Both the position numbers and the translations under genes were made by a program. From the UHGV virus genome UHGV-1746862: 13,572 nt of DNA. One strand, 5' to 3'. Below the pieces are notes generated by a model that had not been told where the DNA came from, ran no database searches, and saw only the letters and a program-made list of their open reading frames with translations. Origin of the DNA: a virus. This document shows, one piece after another, positions 1-6,117 of the stretch; positions within the stretch are counted from its first letter, which is position 1, and every line of letters starts with the position of its first letter.

Positions 1-144
1 CTCTTACTCCCCCTCTCCCCAAAAGTCAAGAGAAAAATTTGTAGCGGATTGAAAAATAATTCTTGATTTGCGTTCTGTTTTGTGGTAGTCGCGCGCACCC
101 GTTTCATTACAATTTTTTTCAAAAAAATATTTTTAAAATTCCTA

Positions 145-223
145 TTGACTCTTTGAGTATGGTTATCTAGTATTTGCATCAGACGGGCAATCAAGCCCAC
201 TTCCTAAACTGGAGAATCTAAAA
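145..223 (+). promoter_or_regulatory. Putative sigma70-like promoter plus conserved translation-initiation region upstream of a micro-ORF
   Basis: TTGACT (145-150), 17-bp spacer, TAGTAT (168-173); A/T tract upstream (113-140); weak stem GGGC/GCCC 185-198; then CCTAAACTGGAGAATCTAAAAATG, the same initiation region as the downstream cassettes. Confidence 0.4.
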
Positions 224-298
224 ATGCTGTACAGTCGCGAATTGATGGTTACAACTAACGTTAACACAAAAGCAAAACGTTTTTACATGCAAATCTGA
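224..298 (+). CDS. Micro-ORF, 24 aa (MLYSRELMVTTNVNTKAKRFYMQI); hypothetical small peptide or decayed gene remnant
   Basis: ATG at 224 placed exactly as in the other cassette-driven genes (GGAG 9 nt upstream); ends TGA 296-298; below the ORF-track length cutoff. Confidence 0.25.
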   Translation: MLYSRELMVTTNVNTKAKRFYMQI

Positions 299-430
299 GG
301 CGTATGGTCCAGAATATCAGAAGCTGACTATTGCAACTATGTAGAAACAGCTATAAACTCTAATTGCTACCTTACAAGAAATACAAGAAAGTACATAAGA
401 CAGACAGCAGTTTATTACTACAATATCTAA

Positions 431-519
431 TAAAGTACTTTACAAGGGGCTTATAGTTCGATAAAGTAAGCCCCAGATAAAGAACTTTACCACTAAATCC
501 TAAATTGGAGAACTTAAAA
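431..519 (+). promoter_or_regulatory. Type A cassette: promoter-like TTTACA-N17-TAAAGT overlapping a GC-clamped stem-loop, plus conserved RBS
   Basis: TTTACA 439-444; TAAAGT 462-467; stem GGGGCTTA 446-453 / TAAGCCCC 467-474; GGAG 507-510; nearly identical to the copy at 2488-2576. Confidence 0.55.
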
Positions 520-813
520 ATGGCTATTATCAAAAACGTTGTAATTACTGCAAAGACTCGTGATGACGCTCGCGTTATGGCTAAAAAGTTATGCGGGAAA
601 GTGGTTGACAATGGAAAACAATCTGCTGTAAGGTGGGGCGTGAAGGTTGATAAACAGTTGAAGTTAAAAAATTCACCGATAAACCTTTTTACATGTGTAA
701 ACACTATCGGGAAGACAAATGTATACACGAAAAAGGCATACATTAGACGCGTAGCATTAACATCCCCCATTCGTACAATGAGAAGTTATGCAAAGCTGAA
801 AATTAACAAATAA
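520..813 (+). CDS. Hypothetical small basic protein (97 aa)
   Basis: ATG at 520 with GGAG at cassette spacing. The ORF track's 505 start is an in-frame TTG inside the RBS and is rejected. Stop TAA 811-813 immediately followed by the next cassette. Confidence 0.7.
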   Translation: MAIIKNVVITAKTRDDARVMAKKLCGKVVDNGKQSAVRWGVKVDKQLKLKNSPINLFTCVNTIGKTNVYTKKAYIRRVALTSPIRTMRSYAKLKINK

Positions 814-900
814 AGTACTTTACAGGGGGCTTAAAAGTTGATATCTTAAGCCCCAGATAAAGAGCTTTACCACTCAATCCTTAAACTAGGAGATTCAAAA
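811..900 (+). promoter_or_regulatory. Type A cassette (variant stem)
   Basis: TTTACA 819-824; TATCTT 842-847; stem GGGGCTTAA 826-834 / TTAAGCCCC 846-854; CTAGGAGATTCAAAA then ATG at 901. Confidence 0.55.
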
Positions 901-1413
901 ATGAAAACTGTAGACGCTACCTTTGAAGTTGTAAAAGAAAAATTCACCATTATTTACGAAGCTGTCAATTGTTATGAAGCAAGCCATAATCTTGATAATT
1001 GGAAGTTTACAGATGACCATCAAGGCGGCGTGACTGTTAAAAATCCTAACTGTCAGCGTAATGAATTTAAATATGCAATCCCTTTACATTACAGCCTTAA
1101 ACAGCTTTCAAGTGACTATGCAAAACAAGGCCGTGAGAATCCATCGAAAGAGGCTTACACGAGCTTACAGAAAGAACTAGAAAGAGATTTAGAGGCTTCA
1201 GAGTATAACCTTGCCGCGAAAGTTGTGGATGCAAACGGTAGCACGGTTTTAGAAAGTTTTTATCTTGGTTATGCTTTCGATTGGTGCTATCGTGACGGCG
1301 ATGATTTAGAGGATAGACTAAAAGAAGAGGTGAACAACGCAGACGCAGAATCTGAAGTATTAGAACGTTTGGAATCGTTGAAAGACTCAGTGATGAATAT
1401 CTTTAAGAACTAA
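901..1413 (+). CDS. Hypothetical acidic protein (170 aa)
   Basis: ORF with cassette RBS; stop TAA 1411-1413 abuts the next cassette; no recognisable motif. Confidence 0.75.
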   Translation: MKTVDATFEVVKEKFTIIYEAVNCYEASHNLDNWKFTDDHQGGVTVKNPNCQRNEFKYAIPLHYSLKQLSSDYAKQGRENPSKEAYTSLQKELERDLEASEYNLAAKVVDANGSTVLESFYLGYAFDWCYRDGDDLEDRLKEEVNNADAESEVLERLESLKDSVMNIFKN

Positions 1414-1505
1414 ATAGATTTCTTTACACGGGGTTATCAGACTGATAAGATAGCCCCAGATAAAGAGCTTTATTCAAATCAACCCTTAAACTAGGAGATT
1501 CTAAA
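1411..1505 (+). promoter_or_regulatory. Type A cassette (divergent stem with compensatory changes)
   Basis: TTTACA 1423-1428; TAAGAT 1446-1451; stem-loop GGGGTTATCAGACTGATAAGATAGCCCC 1430-1456; CTAGGAGATTCTAAA then ATG at 1506. Confidence 0.5.
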
Positions 1506-1802
1506 ATGAAATTATCAAATAAAGTCCGTGAAAATTTAAGCAAGTTACTTAATAAAATTGATTTCATTGAAACATCAAGGAATAGTCATGATGTTATGGA
1601 ATGGTTACACGGAAAAATCAAAGGCCGTCGTGTAGTGATTTGCTTATGGAACAGTTGCAGGGAGTATAAAAAACCTGTATTGCAAGTCAATATTTATGAT
1701 GATACTTTTAAAAGTCCTGTAAAGTCTAAAAGCGATTTATTAGAATCCTATGAGATAACTGTAAATGGCAAAGTATCACGTAAAGAGGAAACACCATGTT
1801 AA
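1506..1802 (+). CDS. Hypothetical protein (98 aa)
   Basis: ORF with cassette RBS; its stop TAA 1800-1802 overlaps the next start (ATGTTAA). Confidence 0.7.
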   Translation: MKLSNKVRENLSKLLNKIDFIETSRNSHDVMEWLHGKIKGRRVVICLWNSCREYKKPVLQVNIYDDTFKSPVKSKSDLLESYEITVNGKVSRKEETPC

Positions 1803-2128
1803 TGACTGGTATCACTGCAATCATTGTCATTTTCGCGCTATATAAGGCATATAAAGCCTATAATCTGGCAAGTAAGGCAATCACACAACAGGTTAATAAT
1901 AACCTTGTAATGAGCTTTCTAGAGCGTTTAAGTGATGAACAATTAAAACGGCTAGAAATGAGCTTTAGATTCAGGGCGAGAACTTATCAAATCAGTGACA
2001 TTTTCAAAGATAATTTTCAATTAGTCGATGATTATAATTCTCTGATAAATGCTTTAAATATTAGTGACTTAAAAGATTATCACGCTGTAATTGTTCAAGA
2101 ATTGAGCAAACGAAAACAAAACTGTTGA
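1796..2128 (+). CDS. Hypothetical small membrane-anchored protein (110 aa), one N-terminal hydrophobic helix
   Basis: Translationally coupled to the upstream gene; GAGGA 7 nt upstream of ATG 1796; residues 3-17 (MTGITAIIVIFALYK) hydrophobic. Confidence 0.65.
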   Translation: MLMTGITAIIVIFALYKAYKAYNLASKAITQQVNNNLVMSFLERLSDEQLKRLEMSFRFRARTYQISDIFKDNFQLVDDYNSLINALNISDLKDYHAVIVQELSKRKQNC

Positions 2129-2217
2129 CACTGATTTTTAGATAGATTAAATTACACATCAACGGGGAGGCAATAACCTCCCTACTAAATAAAGTCCTTA
2201 AACTAGGAGATTCAAAA
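2125..2217 (+). promoter_or_regulatory. Type B cassette: TTGACA-N17-TAAATT promoter, 5'-proximal GGGGAGG/CCTCCC stem-loop, conserved RBS
   Basis: TTGACA 2125-2130 overlaps the upstream stop TGA 2126-2128; TAAATT 2148-2153; stem 2164-2182; CTAGGAGATTCAAAA then ATG at 2218. Confidence 0.6.
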
Positions 2218-2490
2218 ATGTATACTACTAACAACGGTCGTACTTTAAATGTCACTCTACGTCACTATGTTGATGGTGTAATGTGCTTTGATGATTTACA
2301 AGCTGAGCAACACATCTTAGATTGGCAAGTAGCAGGACTCCAAAAAACTGCTACCGGATACGGGAAAAAGATTCCAACTAGCTGGAAAGTACACTATGAA
2401 GGCCGTTTGCGCAGAATTTATCAAGATGTGCAAAGCAATAGCGCATCGAGTTACATTATAGTAAAAGGCAAAAAACTGCATTTAATGTAA
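2218..2490 (+). CDS. Hypothetical protein (90 aa)
   Basis: ORF with cassette RBS; stop TAA 2488-2490 abuts a type A cassette. Confidence 0.7.
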   Translation: MYTTNNGRTLNVTLRHYVDGVMCFDDLQAEQHILDWQVAGLQKTATGYGKKIPTSWKVHYEGRLRRIYQDVQSNSASSYIIVKGKKLHLM

Positions 2491-2576
2491 AGTACTTTAC
2501 AAGGGGCTTATAGTTCGATAAAGTAAGCCCCAGATAAAGAGCTTTACCACTAAATCCTAAATTGGAGAACTTAAAA
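2488..2576 (+). promoter_or_regulatory. Type A cassette, near-identical copy of 431-519
   Basis: TTTACA 2496-2501; stem-loop 2503-2531; same RBS; about 1 mismatch per 100 nt against 431-519, identity extending into the first codons (ATGGCTATTA). Confidence 0.55.
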
Positions 2577-2981
2577 ATGGCTATTAATAACCGTGAATTA
2601 TCAATTTTAAAAGCACGTTTGACCGTTAACCGGATTAATGTTATCACGTCATCAGCACCAGATGAAACACTGCAAAACATTATTGGGAAGATTCAAAGTG
2701 TTATCTTAGACGTTGAAAGCGTAAAAAATTCATTGGCTGACGTTGCAGCAGGTATCACACTAGACGGTGCGCAATATGAAATGTCCGACATGTTAGGCAA
2801 ATCTAAGGTAATGAATAAAGAGTTAGATTTGAAAATGTTCCGATTTGCTGTTAAAGTGTGGCTATCTGTCGAGTATGATGCTAACTTTGCAATCGCTGAC
2901 TTTTTCGCCACTTGGTTGCAGCGTAATTTGACTAATCATGACTTCCGCGATATCTGGGATGCAATTTATGCAGAACTCTAA
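2577..2981 (+). CDS. Hypothetical protein (134 aa)
   Basis: ATG at 2577 with cassette RBS; the track's 2562 start is an in-frame TTG inside the RBS and is rejected. Confidence 0.7.
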   Translation: MAINNRELSILKARLTVNRINVITSSAPDETLQNIIGKIQSVILDVESVKNSLADVAAGITLDGAQYEMSDMLGKSKVMNKELDLKMFRFAVKVWLSVEYDANFAIADFFATWLQRNLTNHDFRDIWDAIYAEL

Positions 2982-2990
2982 AAAATTTTG

Positions 2991-3085
2991 TTGACACTGG
3001 TTTTTAGATAGATTAAATTACACATCAACGGGGAGGGAATGACCTTCCCCACTAAGTAAAGTCCTTAAACTAGGAGATTCAAAAA
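2991..3085 (+). promoter_or_regulatory. Type B cassette
   Basis: TTGACA 2991-2996; TAAATT 3014-3019; stem GGGGAGGG 3030-3037 / CCTTCCCC 3043-3050; CTAGGAGATTCAAAAA then ATG at 3086. Confidence 0.6.
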
Positions 3086-3289
3086 ATGGCTATTATTAAT
3101 GATTTAACCATTGAAACTACACACATCAAAGATATCAAAGTTGGCGATATAGTCCTTTCCCACGGCGTAGAAAAAACTGTCACTGCAAAGGATATCAAAG
3201 AGGATTCTTTCATGGGTAGGACTCTCTTCGGTGATTCTTATTGCTTAGGCTATCTTGCAGTTTTAAAAGTTGTCAAAAATAACAAATAA
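3086..3289 (+). CDS. Hypothetical protein (67 aa)
   Basis: ORF with cassette RBS; starts MAII like the gene at 520. Confidence 0.65.
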   Translation: MAIINDLTIETTHIKDIKVGDIVLSHGVEKTVTAKDIKEDSFMGRTLFGDSYCLGYLAVLKVVKNNK

Positions 3290-3375
3290 AGTACTTTACA
3301 AGGGGCTTAAAAGTTGATAACTTAAGCCCCAGATAAAGAGCTTTACCACTAAATCCTAAACTGGAGATTCTAAAA
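3287..3375 (+). promoter_or_regulatory. Type A cassette (stem variant as in 811-900)
   Basis: TTTACA 3295-3300; stem-loop 3302-3330; CTGGAGATTCTAAAA then ATG at 3376. Confidence 0.55.
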
Positions 3376-3624
3376 ATGATGAACTACTTTAACATTCCCG
3401 ATACCTGTAGATTATTGACACAAGAAGAAAATTTGGGTAAACCTTTCATTTACCACATGCCAGATAACACGGCAAAAACTTATAGTTACAATGTTAACCG
3501 TTTCACCGCATACGCTGCAAAGAACGGCTATAGGTTGGTTACTCAAAAAGTAATGCTGGTTACAACTGCTGGCGAGATTCCTACAGTTGCAGTCAAACTA
3601 GTTTTCTCAAAGAAAGTTAAATAA
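3376..3624 (+). CDS. Hypothetical protein (82 aa)
   Basis: ORF with cassette RBS; stop TAA 3622-3624 abuts the next cassette. Confidence 0.65.
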   Translation: MMNYFNIPDTCRLLTQEENLGKPFIYHMPDNTAKTYSYNVNRFTAYAAKNGYRLVTQKVMLVTTAGEIPTVAVKLVFSKKVK

Positions 3625-3709
3625 AGCACTTTACAAGGGGCTTATAGTTCGATAAAGTAAGCCCCAGATAAAGAGCTTTACCACTAAATCCTAAACTGGA
3701 GATTCAAAA
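3622..3709 (+). promoter_or_regulatory. Type A cassette
   Basis: TTTACA 3630-3635; stem-loop 3637-3665; CTGGAGATTCAAAA then ATG at 3710. Confidence 0.55.
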
Positions 3710-4252
3710 ATGAAATGCTATCACGGAACTACTCAAGAAAATTTCCTCAACCTGATTAATAACGGTGATAAACCATCAGGCGCATGGGATTGTTCGGATA
3801 TGGACGGCAATTTTTACGTGTATCCAGAAAATAAAATCTATGGCGACGATGATGAAGAGATAACATCGGAAGGTATTCAGCAAGCTCTAGGCAATGCCAC
3901 TATCACCGCAGCTTTTCAGATGAAGACTCAAAATATTGTTATCTTAGAACTCGATATTCCAGAGGATGAGCTAAACGATGATTATTCTTGTGATAATATG
4001 TCGAGTGTAGCAAGTTTTACAGAGTACTTTGATGTAAATTGGATTAAAAAGGTCTATACAACAGAGTTTAATGCTATGTATTCACCTTTTTGTCTTCCTT
4101 CATTGGATAACCCAAATTTAAACTATCTTGATGAGTCTCTGGAGCTTCTTGCTAAAAGTGTTCAACAGTCGGACAGTATTCAGGTTTTTTGTGACATCAT
4201 GGATACACTGACAGGAAACATTGCAGAAGAGGATTTAAAGAGCTTTTTCTAA
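3710..4252 (+). CDS. Hypothetical strongly acidic protein (180 aa)
   Basis: ORF with cassette RBS; many Asp/Glu runs (DDDEE, PEDELNDDY); followed by a terminator-like hairpin. Confidence 0.75.
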   Translation: MKCYHGTTQENFLNLINNGDKPSGAWDCSDMDGNFYVYPENKIYGDDDEEITSEGIQQALGNATITAAFQMKTQNIVILELDIPEDELNDDYSCDNMSSVASFTEYFDVNWIKKVYTTEFNAMYSPFCLPSLDNPNLNYLDESLELLAKSVQQSDSIQVFCDIMDTLTGNIAEEDLKSFF

Positions 4253-4284
4253 AAACCTATGCAATCACCTTATAAACACTAATC

Positions 4285-4304
4285 AGCCCCTTGTAGGGGC
4301 TTTT
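4285..4304 (+). terminator. Putative intrinsic terminator (short T-tail)
   Basis: AGCCCC 4285-4290, loop TTGTA, GGGGCT 4296-4301, then TTTT. Confidence 0.45.
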
Positions 4305-4318
4305 AGAGGGCTTAAATC

Positions 4319-4552
4319 ATGCTTACAACCATTTACCTCATCCTTTCCATCTGTAATGGTCATTCATGTGATTTTAAAGGGCTTGAAGAGTTTACAGGAA
4401 GTAAAGAAAATGCTATTCAAGTTTGCCAGATAGCAAGACAAGACTATCCCGCTAGTGATGATATACAATGTTACTTTAAGACAGAAGATGAAGACGGTAT
4501 CTATTTTGACAGCGTAGATGGTCAGTATGAAATTATCATTGAAAAAGACTAG
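4319..4552 (+). CDS. Hypothetical small protein (77 aa) with hydrophobic, Cys-containing N-terminus
   Basis: ATG at 4319 with weak AGAGGG upstream; the only gene of the array without a cassette; N-terminus MLTTIYLILSICNGHSC. Confidence 0.5.
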   Translation: MLTTIYLILSICNGHSCDFKGLEEFTGSKENAIQVCQIARQDYPASDDIQCYFKTEDEDGIYFDSVDGQYEIIIEKD

Positions 4553-4643
4553 ACAAGCCTGATAAAAATCTGTAAATTGTCAATCAACGGGGAGGGAATG
4601 ACCTTCCCCACTAAGTACAATCCTTAAACTAGGAGATTCAAAA
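4550..4643 (+). promoter_or_regulatory. Type B cassette
   Basis: TAGACA 4550-4555 overlaps stop TAG 4550-4552; TAAATT 4573-4578; stem 4589-4609; CTAGGAGATTCAAAA then ATG at 4644. Confidence 0.55.
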
Positions 4644-4985
4644 ATGGCTTATGTAACCGTAATTACCGATAAAGAAAATTCATCTTGGTCAACTCAAGTA
4701 AGTGATAAGATGTCACCTATGCAGTGCCTAAAATACTTTGAACAGTGGAACAAAGGCGAGGACACAAGCCCCTTTCAAGTGATGCAGATTATCCATGTAG
4801 ATAACGAAGGGAATAAAACGGTTTTAAATAGTGAGTACTACGCAAGCCTTTTTGAAACGAGAAGTAAAACAATGAAGCTTTTACGTGAATCCGGTTATGC
4901 CCATATCGCCGCGTTAATCTGGGATGACCTGCTAAAAAACCAACGTATCAGCTATGTAAAACCTGAAAAAATATTCATCAGTTAA
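4644..4985 (+). CDS. Hypothetical protein (113 aa)
   Basis: ORF with cassette RBS. Confidence 0.7.
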   Translation: MAYVTVITDKENSSWSTQVSDKMSPMQCLKYFEQWNKGEDTSPFQVMQIIHVDNEGNKTVLNSEYYASLFETRSKTMKLLRESGYAHIAALIWDDLLKNQRISYVKPEKIFIS

Positions 4986-5018
4986 TCAATAACTTACAAA
5001 AAACTTTTAAAAAAAATG

Positions 5019-5047
5019 TTGACAATACCCCTTGACATTGGTAACTT
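5019..5047 (+). promoter_or_regulatory. Additional promoter-like element with tandem TTGACA hexamers and upstream A-tract
   Basis: A-run 5004-5016; TTGACA 5019-5024 and again 5032-5037; TAACTT 5042-5047 at 17-bp spacing from the first hexamer. Confidence 0.35.
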
Positions 5048-5115
5048 TGTTCGAGGGGGTTTATCTAAAAGGGATTCACTTAAAAGATTCTTTATAGATA
5101 AGCTCAAAAAATTAC

Positions 5116-5208
5116 TTGCAATCAGCTATCAAAACAAGTAAATTACTAATCAACGGGGAGGGAATGACCTTCCCCACTAAGTAAAATCCTTAAACTAGGA
5201 GAGTCAAA
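5116..5208 (+). promoter_or_regulatory. Type B cassette
   Basis: TTGCAA 5116-5121; TAAATT 5139-5144; stem GGGGAGGG 5155-5162 / CCTTCCCC 5168-5175; CTAGGAGAGTCAAA then ATG at 5209. Confidence 0.55.
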
Positions 5209-5739
5209 ATGAACAAGTTTAAAGCTATCAACTTCATTCGTTCAAATGCTGTAATGTCTAAGCCTGTAAAAGATACATATGAATTTCGTTGTAATGGGGT
5301 ACACTTTGCAACCATCACTAAGTCAGAAAACGGGGCTTATTATGTACATCGTCGTAATGTTGCAACCGTTGTAGTCTCTCACTTTATGCAAGCTGTAGCG
5401 GAATTATTACCGTTATTCTTAGAGATTTACTTAGATGAGTGTAAAAACGTTCACAACCACGTTAAAAACCTTTTAAACGGTTATAAAATGGCTTATGAAC
5501 GTTCTATCAAGTCACTAAACAAGTTTTACAATGCACCTGCAAATACTGTTTCAATGGCTTATGATGTAAACGGTGAGTTAGTTAGTCTCTTTAAAGTGGA
5601 AGAAATTAAACTGTATAATCTACGTCCTAGTGGTTACTCTAAGACTCTTGGTGAAGGTTTAACGTTCAATATCAAGAACTTAGAAAAAACTTTAAAAGAT
5701 ATTGAAAAAGATATTGACGAGACACTTAAAAGTCTGTAA
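5209..5739 (+). CDS. Hypothetical protein (176 aa)
   Basis: ORF with cassette RBS; its last codons and stop contain the promoter of the next cassette. Confidence 0.75.
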   Translation: MNKFKAINFIRSNAVMSKPVKDTYEFRCNGVHFATITKSENGAYYVHRRNVATVVVSHFMQAVAELLPLFLEIYLDECKNVHNHVKNLLNGYKMAYERSIKSLNKFYNAPANTVSMAYDVNGELVSLFKVEEIKLYNLRPSGYSKTLGEGLTFNIKNLEKTLKDIEKDIDETLKSL

Positions 5740-5806
5740 ATTGTCAATCAACGGGGAGGCGATAACCTCCCCACTAAATAAAACCCTTAAACTAGGAGAT
5801 TCAAAA
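5714..5806 (+). promoter_or_regulatory. Type B cassette, promoter embedded in the 3' end of the upstream gene
   Basis: TTGACG 5714-5719; TAAATT 5737-5742 overlaps stop TAA 5737-5739; stem GGGGAGG 5753-5759 / CCTCCCC 5766-5772; CTAGGAGATTCAAAA then ATG at 5807. Confidence 0.55.
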
Positions 5807-6055
5807 ATGGCAACTATCCGCGCTACTGTTAACGAGTTCGGTTTTTCCTCTCTGGATGTTAAATTTGACATTGCAGGCACTGATAACGCCTTTGAAATGG
5901 TGAAATGTCTTATCAGTCAGACCATCAAAGATTATAATCCTTCGGATGAGTTCTGGGAGGAAACAAAACAAGAAGTTCTCAAGGATGGTTATACTTATCA
6001 CTATTGGGGAGAAAAAATCGTCTCCCTGTACTACAACAAACAAGATTATAACTAA
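5807..6055 (+). CDS. Hypothetical protein (82 aa)
   Basis: ATG at 5807 with cassette RBS; the track's 5702 start is an in-frame extension running through the cassette and is rejected. Confidence 0.7.
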   Translation: MATIRATVNEFGFSSLDVKFDIAGTDNAFEMVKCLISQTIKDYNPSDEFWEETKQEVLKDGYTYHYWGEKIVSLYYNKQDYN

Positions 6056-6065
6056 TCGACGCAGC

Positions 6066-6117
6066 GGGGCTAAATAGCCCCAGATACCTGAACAGCCCCT
6101 TAAAATGGGGCTTTTTT
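6066..6117 (+). terminator. Two consecutive GC stem-loops, the second a canonical intrinsic terminator closing the rightward array
   Basis: GGGGCT-AAAT-AGCCCC 6066-6081; AGCCCC-TTAAAAT-GGGGCT 6094-6112 followed by TTTTT 6113-6117. Confidence 0.6.

Noticed and set aside
446-474. tRNA or tRNA-like element suggested by TTCGATA in the type A loop
   Set aside because: It resembles a T-loop, but there is no acceptor stem, D-arm or anticodon arm; it is a single hairpin. Variant copies replace the loop sequence (TTGATAT, CTGATAAGATA).
505-519. N-terminal extensions MENLKMAI... at 505 and 2562 (TTG starts) and the 5702 start of the last rightward gene
   Set aside because: The TTG lies inside the Shine-Dalgarno region (TTGGAGAAC) and the 5702 extension reads through a promoter and hairpin. 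In each case an ATG with correct GGAG spacing is present downstream (520, 2577, 5807).
372-770. Antisense ORFs overlapping the small-gene array (372-770, 2061-2255, 2456-2680, 2693-2911, 5692-5880, 5801-6043, all minus strand)
   Set aside because: They run opposite to cassette-driven genes and span the cassettes. Their shared peptide segments (IAIFKFSNLGFSGK...LYLGLTLSNYKPLVKYF in two of them; IFESPSLR.LFS.EVIASPL in two others) are just antisense translations of the repeated cassette DNA. No RBS or promoter support.
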